A DNA stretch of 48,605 nt, taken from positions 1 to 48,605 of the forward strand of contig JBNPEG010000079.1 of the NCBI GenBank assembly GCA_051117555.1. Reading direction: 5' to 3'. A program made the translations under genes and the position numbers. Position 1 is the first letter of the stretch; the number at the start of each line of letters is the position of its first letter. This DNA comes from Elainellaceae cyanobacterium. GTDB lineage: Bacteria; Cyanobacteriota; Cyanobacteriia; CAZCXK01. Shown piece by piece: positions 39,274-48,468 of the stretch. The notes under the pieces are model-generated. The model was given only the letters and a program-made list of their open reading frames with translations. It was not told the origin of the DNA and made no database searches.

Positions 39274-39332
39274 AACTTCTGTTTGACCAAAATCTGAGTC
39301 GGAGGCTAGTCAATCGTCTTGAGCTTCACTAG
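39270..39332 (+). pseudogene. Truncated DUF5615 PIN-like toxin, N-terminal 20 aa
   Basis: TTG overlapping the antitoxin stop; MKLLFDQNLSRRLVNRLELH then stop. Confidence 0.8.
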
Positions 39333-39435
39333 GTCTCCAGAAACAATTAAAGGGTACTGCCAAGAAAAGCAGTACTCAAATCGAACTTAGCAGTAGTAGC
39401 TCTCAGCAGTGTTAGGTGGCGACAACTTCTATTGC

Positions 39436-39576
39436 CTATCTCAAAGGGAGAAATCTTACTTGTCCTTCCCATTCTCCCTCAAGACTGCACTCCGCAATCA
39501 AGGTAATTTCCTCTATCGCTAAACCTACTGGGACACGACGATTCACTTCAAACAATCCGGGCATAGATGATCCTGT
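39436..39576 (-). pseudogene. C-terminal fragment of a second DUF5615-like PIN toxin
   Basis: Hand translation: GSSMPGLFEVNRRVPVGLAIEEITLIAECSLEGEWEGQVRFLPLR then stop; N-terminal part missing. Confidence 0.7.
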
Positions 39577-39786
39577 TAGGGGCGATCGCACGGACAAGAA
39601 CCTAGAGGGCGATCGCGCCGATAAGACTCAGAAGGCGATCGCCATTCCTGACGGCGGCATCACGATTCAGCGCGACCAAGGAGACATCTTGCGATATCTC
39701 CAGCGCGATCGCTTGGTGGAATAGACTCGGCACGCAGCTCCCAGAGATGTTTCGCCACCCTTGGGAGCTGATACGGCTATCATGCG

Positions 39787-40007
39787 TTAGTTCGAGCCTC
39801 ATTTCCTTTAGTTTGAGCCTCGTTTCCTTTAGTTTGAGCCTCGTTTCCTTTAGTTTGAGCCTCGTTTTCTTTAGTTTGAGCCTCGTTTCCTTTAGTTTGA
39901 GCCTCGTTTCCTTTAGTTTGAGACTCATTTCCTTTAGTTTGAGCCTCGTTTCCTTTAGTTTGAGCCTCGTTTCCTTTAGTTTGAGACTCATTTTCTTTAG
40001 TTTGAGC
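39787..40007. repeat. 21-bp tandem array (tttcctttagtttgagcctcg), 10 full units plus degenerate flanks to about 40130
   Basis: Directly visible; minus strand reads LKLKETR heptads. Confidence 0.97.
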
Positions 40008-40234
40008 AATCGTTCCTTTCGTTCGCTGCGCTGATTCATCCAAACGCTGAGGCAAACTTTTCCTCTGAACTTAATTTTCTTCAGTTTGTTAAGGTGTTCC
40101 TTCAGTTTTTCGAGTCATTGCTTCGGTTTTGGAGGGCGATCGCACTCATAAGACACAGGGGGCGATCGCAGCTAGACCGCCCAGTTCTGTAACTGCAAAT
40201 CATATGGGAGAACTATCCTGCTTTAAGCGAGAAC

Positions 40235-40389
40235 CTAATTGACTGACAAAACTCTGAATGCTGGCGGCTAAAGCCGCGCCTACATTTACAACGTCGGCCT
40301 TCGCCGACTACAGAAACCCTCGCAGGTGGGTTTTGCTTGTGTAGCAGCGGTTTTAACCGCCACACACTAAAGATTTGTCAGTCAACCAG
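40235..40389. mobile_element. 155-bp MITE with 16-bp TIRs and 9-bp TSD
   Basis: ctaattgactgacaaa / tttgtcagtcaaccag; agcgagaac at 40226-40234 and 40390-40398. Confidence 0.85.
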
Positions 40390-40406
40390 AGCGAGAACAT
40401 TGAGCC

Positions 40407-42197
40407 TCATTTGGCGAGAATGCAGGTGGCGTCGATGACTACTAGACGATTTTCGGTGAGCACAGAACAAGGCTTGATTAGCTTTTTAAGCATCGGCACC
40501 TCGCCCGCCTGCAATTGGGCGAGCGTCTCTGTCAAATCGGTTTGATATTGCCGAATCCAAATGTCGGTGACGTATTCGGCGCTAAAGGCGTCGCGATCGA
40601 CCAGCCAAAAATCCACAGTATAAGCGCGAATAAAGGCTTGCAATTCCTCTAAATTAGGAGTGTATTGGGCGCGAATCATCTCCAACGCCCGGTCTTCGAA
40701 CTCGTTGTAGTACCCCAAGTGATAGGGAATGCCAAATTCTCGACCGATGAGAATTGATTTTTGCGAAAACACAGGTAGGTTGTTGACTTCCTCGTCAACG
40801 GAGGCAATGAGCGTATCCGGTGGCTGCTGCTGGAAGAATTCATAAATCTGGGGGGTGTTTCCCGTTTTATATTTCGTGAGCGGGAAGTTTTCTACAAATG
40901 CTGGATATATAAACAGCAGCAGCGCCATGAATAGGGTGGTGCCCCACGCCAAGACAGGACGCCGGAGACGGGGCAATTGATTGGGGGCAGGCGATCGCCA
41001 ACTAGCGCGCATCACGGCATCAAACACCGCCGTCATAAACATCGCAGCGGCGATCGCGGTGATGATTCTCAGGCTGTGGTCGGTGTAGCGAGCGGGCAAA
41101 TGGAGCCGAAACAACAGCAGGTGCGCCAGCCCAAACAACACGGTCGCCGTGATCCAAAGCCGAATCAGCAGCCACCCGTTTGAGGTGATCTGGCGCAGAA
41201 TTGGAAACCACGCCGGACGCACAAACAACAGGGGCAGAAAGAGGCTGAGCGCAAGCGTTGCCGGACGCACCAGCCCCACGTGCAAATATCCGCTGCGATC
41301 GCCCACGCCATAAAACCACCAGAGATTCTCATTGAAAAAGAAATTGCGCCCCTTGGGCCAAAACTCCGGCATGGCGCGCGCCTGCTCTGCCGTCACCACG
41401 GGGCCAAAGTCGGAGGTATTAAACGCATAAACCAGCAGCATGCTGAAAATAACACCTAGATGAATCGCCACAAACGAATAGTCACGACGCACCGACGAGA
41501 ACCGCAAGCGCCCGTTTTCCCAGCGCACTAGGCATAGCAGCAGCACTCCGGCAGAGACGAGCAGATATTGAGGATAGAAGCTTCCCAATAGGGCGATCGC
41601 CCCCAGACTGAGAATCAGCCATCGTCGCCAGGAGTGAGTCGAGTGGGAGTTGGATGAATGACGTTGAGATTGATATCGGCACACACACCCCAAAAACGCC
41701 AGAAAAAACGGATACACAAACGACCTCGGACTTGCTGACACCAGGTCATCTTTCATCCACAGGGTTTGGTTGAGCAGTAGAGACGCCACGAAGCCCGTGA
41801 AGGGCAACGGAAGTATTTGCAGCGTCAGCGCAAAGCAAAACGCCGTCGTGGTCAGACTCAACCCAAGGGGCAACAGTTTATTCAACAAAAAGGGATGAAT
41901 GCCAACGGCTGCCGCTCCTCGATAGAGCGTCACATAGCCCAGTGGACTCACCGACTGAAAATAGTCAGCAATCAAATCATCGGGAAACAGCGACGGATCA
42001 AAAAAACGCTGCATCCAAAACACATATTGCCGCGCATCGTCTTGCACAATGTAGTCGCCCGAAAAGGCGATCGCCAATGCCAGACCGCTGTATAGAGCAG
42101 CAAACGCCAGACTCAAGCTAAACCAAAAGATGACACGCGGATCAGCCGGGTTTCGAGTCGACGCTGTAATAAATTTGTGCAATCGAGCTAGCACCAT
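40407..42197 (-). CDS. Polytopic membrane protein, GT-C-like, probable C-terminal DUF6798-like domain
   Basis: More than 10 hydrophobic segments; QDDARQ acidic motif in first external loop; LHLPARY; soluble C-terminal domain. Confidence 0.7.
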   Translation of the reverse strand: MVLARLHKFITASTRNPADPRVIFWFSLSLAFAALYSGLALAIAFSGDYIVQDDARQYVFWMQRFFDPSLFPDDLIADYFQSVSPLGYVTLYRGAAAVGIHPFLLNKLLPLGLSLTTTAFCFALTLQILPLPFTGFVASLLLNQTLWMKDDLVSASPRSFVYPFFLAFLGCVCRYQSQRHSSNSHSTHSWRRWLILSLGAIALLGSFYPQYLLVSAGVLLLCLVRWENGRLRFSSVRRDYSFVAIHLGVIFSMLLVYAFNTSDFGPVVTAEQARAMPEFWPKGRNFFFNENLWWFYGVGDRSGYLHVGLVRPATLALSLFLPLLFVRPAWFPILRQITSNGWLLIRLWITATVLFGLAHLLLFRLHLPARYTDHSLRIITAIAAAMFMTAVFDAVMRASWRSPAPNQLPRLRRPVLAWGTTLFMALLLFIYPAFVENFPLTKYKTGNTPQIYEFFQQQPPDTLIASVDEEVNNLPVFSQKSILIGREFGIPYHLGYYNEFEDRALEMIRAQYTPNLEELQAFIRAYTVDFWLVDRDAFSAEYVTDIWIRQYQTDLTETLAQLQAGEVPMLKKLIKPCSVLTENRLVVIDATCILAK

Positions 42198-42245
42198 AAT
42201 GTCTCAAATCGTAATGCTCCGCATTGCCAGGGCAAACGCACTCTC

Positions 42246-42270
42246 ATCCAAAATCCAAAATCCAAAATCC
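42246..42270. repeat. STRR heptamer (atccaaa x3)
   Basis: atccaaaatccaaaatccaaaatcc. Confidence 0.8.
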
Positions 42271-42274
42271 CCCC

Positions 42275-43864
42275 TCATCCCGATCCAGACTGCCTAACCG
42301 CCTCCCACAGCCAGACCTCACCCTCGTGCTCAATAGGCTCGATGTTAAAATCTTGTCGGCGTTCCAGGCGTCGCTTCAGACGATCCGACGGCAGGTAGAG
42401 GTAAACCGTTTCAAACTCGTCAGGCACTGTGATCATGCCCGGTCGTTCGCCAAGCTGAAGCGCAACGCTGGGCTTCAACGAATGGCTCAAGGACAGAATT
42501 CGCCCCGGCGGTAAGATATCGCTCACGAGTAGCGGCTGGTTGGCTTGGTTGACCACCTCTGCGACGTCAGGGTTGCGTCGGCTTTTGGAATGGCTTTTGT
42601 GCCACCAGACCGGAATTTGAGAACTCACCGCGCAGGAAACAATGCCAAACACGGCAAGGGCGATCGCCACGGAGCGCCATCGTTTGCGTGCCCGAAACTT
42701 GGCGCGAATGTTATACGGTTTGGCTGTAACTTTGGCGGTGAGCAGGTAGGCGATCGCAATCTCGATGCCAAGGTAGCAGGGAATCGCATAGCGAGTAATG
42801 CTAGAGCGTCGCCCCCCCAAGATCACATCTGGCCCCAGCAGGGCAAGCCCGGTGACGCCGATGAGAGTGATAACAAAGACCCAGGCGCGGATGGGTGCTT
42901 TCCGGCAGAGATAAATCAACGAGGCGATCGCCAATCCCGCCAAAAAGTAATGAATGGGATTAATTGCACTCGGCCCTTGATTGAGGTCAAAGAAGACGCG
43001 GCTCAAGTTCAAGAGCCAGAATAATGGCATTGATCCAGAGCGATCGGCATTCACCGAGGCCGTATTGCCAACGAATTGATCGAATCGAAGCACCACCACC
43101 ACCAGCCACGGGGCAAACAGCACAACACTCAACGCTGATGCCAGCCCATAGCCAACCAGTCGTTTGCTGAGCCGAAACTTCTCAAGCACGAGGACATAAA
43201 TGCCGTGACTGATGGAGACAAAGCCTGAAAACGGGTGCACATACAGCCCCAACGCCGCAGTCACTCCGTAGGTGATCCAATGCAGGGGCTTCTCGCGGCG
43301 CATTGCCCACAGCAGCGTTGCGCTCGACAGCAAAATGGTCACCGTCCACAGCGCATATTCTCGTGCTTCTTGGGCATATAGCACGTGAAACGGCGAAATT
43401 GCCACGAGTGCGGCAGTCATCCATCCCACAGATGGAGACGCAAACAGCTCGACACACAGCCAATAGGCGAGCGGAATGGCCAGCAAACTCACCAGTACAG
43501 ACAACAATCGAATGCTTGTTGCCGAACTTCCAAATAGCTGCATCCAGAATCGAGCCAGCAAATAGTAAAGCGGGGAGTGCTCAGGGTGCTCTGCTAGCGC
43601 CCGCATGGTGTCATTCAGCGTCTCTTGAGTAGGAGCCTGGTAGGTCGAGAGTAACGCCTCCACGCTCATGACCCGCCCGTCAAATATATCCGTCACGAGT
43701 TCGTCTTGGACGTGCCCCGAAACCCGCAGTGAGGTCATCGTTTCGTCATACCAATACACCTTCCGGTCGATGTTGTAAAACCGGAAGAAAATTCCTAACA
43801 CAATCAGGATTAAGACGAAGTTGCGTAACCACATAGGATGGGCCGATTGCGATTTAGGCAGCAT
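42275..43864 (-). CDS. Glycosyltransferase family 39 / PMT-like (GT-C)
   Basis: YWYDE, EHPEHSPLYY, RLLS, SPFHVLYAQEAREYAL, TRY.IP motifs; polytopic. Confidence 0.88.
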   Translation of the reverse strand: MLPKSQSAHPMWLRNFVLILIVLGIFFRFYNIDRKVYWYDETMTSLRVSGHVQDELVTDIFDGRVMSVEALLSTYQAPTQETLNDTMRALAEHPEHSPLYYLLARFWMQLFGSSATSIRLLSVLVSLLAIPLAYWLCVELFASPSVGWMTAALVAISPFHVLYAQEAREYALWTVTILLSSATLLWAMRREKPLHWITYGVTAALGLYVHPFSGFVSISHGIYVLVLEKFRLSKRLVGYGLASALSVVLFAPWLVVVVLRFDQFVGNTASVNADRSGSMPLFWLLNLSRVFFDLNQGPSAINPIHYFLAGLAIASLIYLCRKAPIRAWVFVITLIGVTGLALLGPDVILGGRRSSITRYAIPCYLGIEIAIAYLLTAKVTAKPYNIRAKFRARKRWRSVAIALAVFGIVSCAVSSQIPVWWHKSHSKSRRNPDVAEVVNQANQPLLVSDILPPGRILSLSHSLKPSVALQLGERPGMITVPDEFETVYLYLPSDRLKRRLERRQDFNIEPIEHEGEVWLWEAVRQSGSG

Positions 43865-44193
43865 TGGTTGATGCCAGACGAGACAAAAATTGAGCGAATT
43901 CGCGTCTTAAATAATGATTCAACAGTAGAGGCAACCAGCGGAACACTGCACCCGTCTTCCCGATCGAGGCGACCGGATGTGTGCCTGTACCGTTTTCTGA
44001 CCAAACGCCACCTAGAAGAGTACAGGAACACCTAGGTCAAAGGAAATCTGAATTTTAACTGTATCAGGTAATCCAGTCTGAGAAAATCTATTGTGATTTG
44101 CACGTGTGCTGGACTCATCGCGCAACATTGTGTTGGCATTTATTCGGTAGGATCGGGATTGCTCAGTGCGGTGAGGAGTCTCCTGTGGGAGTT

Positions 44194-45765
44194 ATGGATC
44201 TTCGTAAGCAGCTTCGATCTGTTCCAGTTGCGAAGCCATTGGTGGCGATCGCCCAGTTTTTGGCCGTCGGCGTTCTCTTCGGGTTGGCCTATGTCCAAGA
44301 TCCGATTTATCACTCGCCCGAAAATCAAAACACCAAATATTTGCAGGGCTTAGCCCATGCCGGACACGGGTTTCTCAGCAATGATTGGACGGCTAACACC
44401 CTCGATCCGCTGCCCGCGTTCACGGCACTCGTGCAGGTTACCTACCAATTCATTCATCCCGAGTATGCGTTTTATGGGTATTACTTTCTCATCTTTGCCG
44501 TCTATGCCTACAGCCTGCTTGGGATTGTGTCCTACGTATTTAAATTCAATCAATCACGGGCAAAATGCCTGGTATTCCTAGCGCTGCTGATTCTTACGCA
44601 CTCGGTTGAAATCGAAATTTTTGATGTCAATACCGATTGGGTGCTTCAGGCCGGTGTCGCGCAGCAGTATATTTTAGGGCCAGTGTTTCAGCCATGCAAT
44701 TTTGGGGCATTCATTCTGCTGTCGATTTGGGTGTTTTTGCAGCGCCGGCCATTTCTCGCGGTTGTGTTGCTCGCGCTAGCTGGAACGCTGCATCCTGCCT
44801 ATTTCCCCAGTGTAGGAGCGCTGACGCTGGCGTACATGGCGGTTATTCTTAAGGACGACAGAAACTGGAAAAAAGCGCTGGCGGTTGGCATCGTTTCGGG
44901 GCTGCTGATTTTGCCCGTGTTCAGCTACATGTACTTCGCCTTTGCCGACACCAATCCCGAACTCGCCCAACGCGCAACCGACATCATCGTGAATGAACGA
45001 ATTCCCCACCACTCGATTCCGGCGGTGTGGCTGGATGGTGAAGGAGCCTATTTTCAGACAATCTGGGTGGCGATCGCCATTGGCCTAGTGCGCCACACCC
45101 CATTGGCGACCATTCTGCTCATCCCCTATGCGATCGCCGTTTCTCTGACTGGGGTGCAGATGCTGACCGACAGCGATACGCTCGCCTTCATTGCGCCGTG
45201 GAGAATTTCGGTATTCCTAGTCCCTGTTGCAACGGGCATTATTCTGGGTCAATTTGTCTCTTGGCTGTTTCGCAAATTTCACCGAACAGCGCTACAGCAT
45301 CAGAGTTTCATCGCCCGCGCCAGTATCGCGGTAATTCTCACACTGTCGATCATTGGTGGCTATCACCAGGTGCAGGTGTTGCAAGCCGAGGATGAGACGT
45401 TCCCAATGATGAAATTTGTGCGCGCCCATCTTCAAGCAGAGCAAACGTATCTGATTCCGCCAGATTCTAAGGAACTGCGCAAGTTTCGGCTGTATACGGG
45501 CGCTCCCATTTTGGTGAACCGCAAAACTCATCCCTATCAGGATATCGAAGTGATTGAGTGGAATAATCGCCTAGAGCTGGGCAAGGACTTTTACACGGTC
45601 AAGCGCCGCCGAAGCTGCCGAATGCTGCGCAACGAATTCTCAGACTATGGCATTACCCATGTGGTGTTGCCCAAGGAAAATTTTAAATCGCGGTGTCGCA
45701 GACTGGTGGAACTCTATCAAGATGAGGAATACGGGGTGTATTCTGCGGAGAAACTCATCGATTGA
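44194..45765 (+). CDS. DUF6798-like polytopic membrane protein (GT-C-like)
   Basis: NQNTKYLQGLA..G.GFL..DW...T.DP, GVAQQY.LG..FQP, RIPHH, PWR.SV, FRL.TG.PI.V..K.HPY; ATG at 44194. Confidence 0.75.
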   Translation: MDLRKQLRSVPVAKPLVAIAQFLAVGVLFGLAYVQDPIYHSPENQNTKYLQGLAHAGHGFLSNDWTANTLDPLPAFTALVQVTYQFIHPEYAFYGYYFLIFAVYAYSLLGIVSYVFKFNQSRAKCLVFLALLILTHSVEIEIFDVNTDWVLQAGVAQQYILGPVFQPCNFGAFILLSIWVFLQRRPFLAVVLLALAGTLHPAYFPSVGALTLAYMAVILKDDRNWKKALAVGIVSGLLILPVFSYMYFAFADTNPELAQRATDIIVNERIPHHSIPAVWLDGEGAYFQTIWVAIAIGLVRHTPLATILLIPYAIAVSLTGVQMLTDSDTLAFIAPWRISVFLVPVATGIILGQFVSWLFRKFHRTALQHQSFIARASIAVILTLSIIGGYHQVQVLQAEDETFPMMKFVRAHLQAEQTYLIPPDSKELRKFRLYTGAPILVNRKTHPYQDIEVIEWNNRLELGKDFYTVKRRRSCRMLRNEFSDYGITHVVLPKENFKSRCRRLVELYQDEEYGVYSAEKLID

Positions 45766-45860
45766 TTTACAAAACTCTGAATGCTGACGGCTAGAAGACG
45801 CGCCTATATGAATGACGCTCCTATATGAATAATGATCCGAGAAGATTGTCAGTCAATCAG
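45758..45860. mobile_element. Degenerate, internally deleted copy of the 40235-40389 MITE
   Basis: attgatttacaaaactctgaatgctgacggcta ... gattgtcagtcaatcag; imperfect flanking repeat gagaaactca / gcgaaactaa; contains the upstream gene's TGA. Confidence 0.7.
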
Positions 45861-45997
45861 GCGAAACTAAGAATTTGAAACCTGCCTCCGGAGGTTTTGT
45901 TCATGTAACCTGCATTCGCATCGCGTTCCAAAGGAAAGCGTCTCTGTTAAGAGAATTTTAGTCACCAAGGCGACACAGATCTGATCCCGGTAGCTAG

Positions 45998-46270
45998 TTT
46001 GCATTGAGTCGAACTCGATTTGAACAGTGCTGAATCGAGTTTGATCGGTTCATTCATAATAAATGCTTTAGCAAATATTTATTCAACTTAAGCGTTTATT
46101 ATGAATGGACGAGTCGAAAAGCTTTCAAGGACCTGAAATATAAGTTTTGCTAAAGCATACATTGATTTTGTATAAGCTGTATTTGATTTGATCCGCGCTG
46201 AATTAAGTTTGATTCATATCAAATCAAGTTTGATTCATATCAAATCGAGTTTGATACCAAATCCGATTAT
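45998..46270. repeat. Degenerate 21-bp heptad-type repeat region interrupted by a 20-bp-arm inverted repeat
   Basis: aagtttgattcatatcaaatc x2 plus degenerate units; IR ttcattcataataaatgctt (46049) / aagcgtttattatgaatgga (46090). Confidence 0.65.
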
Positions 46271-46377
46271 ATTGACCGTGATAAGTAGGTGGGCGGAATC
46301 AAATGTAGTGTTTTGACACGCCTAAACAGTATCTACTTTAATCCACTACTTATCTACCGATGGTGAATTGCCGTTGG

Positions 46378-46434
46378 GTAGGGACAGACAGCCGTTTGCC
46401 CTTACAGAGTCCCTTACAGAGTCCCTTACAGAAT
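46378..46434. repeat. GTAG-REP-like hairpin followed by a 12-bp tandem triplication
   Basis: gtagggacagacagccgtttgcccttac then cccttacagagt x3. Confidence 0.7.
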
Positions 46435-48308
46435 CATTGCTGCTGATAATCGTCTAGCAATGTTGGCAGATGGTCGTACCCGTCAACCCCGATGACTCGA
46501 ATAATGTGCGATCGCCCTTCCTTAAGTAACGTTTGAAACTCATCATCTCCGAGTCGACCTCGCAGAATGACCAGCAAACCGGCAGGCTGCCGCCAACTGC
46601 TAGCCCCGATTTGGTTGAGCAGATACATGCCTAGACTCGCGGTATAGACCGTTTGCTGGGCATTTTCAAGCCGGTGATGGGCTTCTGCCAGGTTGGCAAG
46701 ATTGATGCCCTGTAAATACAGATCGCCTGAAAATTGAGCCGCTTGAATGCCGCCTTCGAGATAGGAAATTGCTTTTTCGGGCTGGTTGAGTGCGAGCTCT
46801 GCCATTCCGAGGCTGCTGAGGCAGAGGGCTTGGCTTTGGCGATCGCCCAGTCGTTCTGCGAGCTGCAAGCCCTGCTCGAGCCGCTCGATTGCCATCTCAT
46901 AGATATCCGGGTCGATGCGTTCGAGCTGCTGATGTTGAACGACTTCACTGTAGCCGAGATTAGCCAGGGCATTGGCTTCTCCTTTGCGATCGCCCACCTG
47001 CCGACTGAGAATAATTGCCTCTTGGCTATAGCGATTCGCATCGGCATAGGCCTGTTGACCGATGGCGGAGCGGCTGAGGTGGTTGAGATTAGCGATTTCA
47101 CAGGGGCGATCGCCTGCCTCTCTAGCAATTCTTAGCGCCTGATCGTGAAATGCGTTAGCCCGATCGGTTTGCCCAAGGGCTTGAGCTGAATAGCCCAGCA
47201 GCGTTAAGATTCGAGCTTTTTCTTGGGTGCCCTCTGCTTGCTGGAGCGGTTCGTCAAGATAGCTCAGCGCATTGCGAATGTAGCCGCCCGAAAATGAGGC
47301 GAAAATTCCGCCATAGAGCGGAAAATAGTCCCGCTGAGCAAACAGCCGCAAAATCTGGAGTGTAATTTGAAAACATCCTTGAGTAAACAGGTCGCGCCGA
47401 GCGGGGCTAATGCTGAGCTGGCTAAACCCGGTTGCCAATTGTGACCAAATCACCGAAAACGCTAGATAGCTGGAAATCGAGAGCTTTGCGCCCACTTTCG
47501 AGTCATAGACTTGCCGATCAAACCAGTTGATTAGCCCCTGTTGCAAATATCGGAGAGTAATCAAGAGTTCAATCCAGTCGGATATATCTAGCGTGGTTTG
47601 CTGGGATGCCCACTCGGTGACGGATTGTTCGAGAGAGAGGGTTTGAAACAGAGTTTTGGGGATGGGGCGGGGCATTAGACTGGCCCAAAGTGACCAGGGG
47701 CCCCGTTGCCCCGGAACTCCTTCAAATCCAATTTGGCTGCGGCTTTGATCATAAATCCAGCTCACGATGTTGCCATCGAGCCGCTGACACGACTCTAATC
47801 CGTGGGCAATGCCTTGAGTGATGTGCTGAAGCTCGGCAGTAGAGTCGACTGCGGTGGCCGGATGATTTTTTAGAATTTTGGCGATCGCCTTAATCTGCTC
47901 TAGATTAAGAGGCTGGGTTCGATTGGGATCAGAGAGCTTGATAAATTCATTGAGGCGATCGCCCGGTTCGGTTTCTACCAAATGTTGAACGGCTGTTTGC
48001 AGCACCTCATCGGCTTGCCGTTCGTTTTGCCACCGTTCCCATGCGCTTTGGATCGTGCGCAGAGCGCGGAGGCTGCGTTCTGCTTTGGCTTGCTTCAATT
48101 CGCCAGATTGGGTGGTTGCCTGATGCTGTGCTCCCGCGAGGCGATCGCCCAATGACCGCTCGAAGATTTCGCCCGTCCCTGACTCAATCCCGTCTACTAG
48201 GAGTTGATAGACCTGCTCCTTAGAGCGAATCTTGCCTTTGAGCGTCATTTGGACGATGTCATCAACCAGTTCAAGATAGCGATCGCGTAACGGTGGAGAA
48301 TCTGACAT
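46434..48308 (-). CDS. Conserved cyanobacterial tetratricopeptide repeat protein
   Basis: 624 aa; C-terminal TPRs (GDRPCEIANLNHL, GDRKGEANALANLG, GDRQSQALCL); N-terminal LKGKIRSKEQVY motif. Confidence 0.88.
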   Translation of the reverse strand: MSDSPPLRDRYLELVDDIVQMTLKGKIRSKEQVYQLLVDGIESGTGEIFERSLGDRLAGAQHQATTQSGELKQAKAERSLRALRTIQSAWERWQNERQADEVLQTAVQHLVETEPGDRLNEFIKLSDPNRTQPLNLEQIKAIAKILKNHPATAVDSTAELQHITQGIAHGLESCQRLDGNIVSWIYDQSRSQIGFEGVPGQRGPWSLWASLMPRPIPKTLFQTLSLEQSVTEWASQQTTLDISDWIELLITLRYLQQGLINWFDRQVYDSKVGAKLSISSYLAFSVIWSQLATGFSQLSISPARRDLFTQGCFQITLQILRLFAQRDYFPLYGGIFASFSGGYIRNALSYLDEPLQQAEGTQEKARILTLLGYSAQALGQTDRANAFHDQALRIAREAGDRPCEIANLNHLSRSAIGQQAYADANRYSQEAIILSRQVGDRKGEANALANLGYSEVVQHQQLERIDPDIYEMAIERLEQGLQLAERLGDRQSQALCLSSLGMAELALNQPEKAISYLEGGIQAAQFSGDLYLQGINLANLAEAHHRLENAQQTVYTASLGMYLLNQIGASSWRQPAGLLVILRGRLGDDEFQTLLKEGRSHIIRVIGVDGYDHLPTLLDDYQQQ

Positions 48309-48429
48309 GAGTCAACCTGATTTTGAACAGTAATTTTGGCAGTGGGATAGGGGAAACGGCCCTCTACCCGGACAAATCGGGGCATTCAAACAGGATTCGG
48401 TATTGCTCACAAGCGAGCCCCTTGATTAG

Positions 48430-48468
48430 CAATTTCGAGCGGCAATTTCGGGCGACAATTTCGGGCGG
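48430..48468. repeat. 13-bp tandem repeat x3
   Basis: caatttcgagcgg caatttcgggcga caatttcgggcgg. Confidence 0.85.

Noticed and set aside
39787..40007. CRISPR array
   Set aside because: Contiguous 21-bp units with no unique spacers, and no cas genes in the window.
39416..40055. ORFs 39416-39724, 39602-40039, 39747-40034 and 39780-40055 as genes
   Set aside because: Open frames follow from the stop-free repeat or overlap the toxin fragment; no RBS or family motif recognised.
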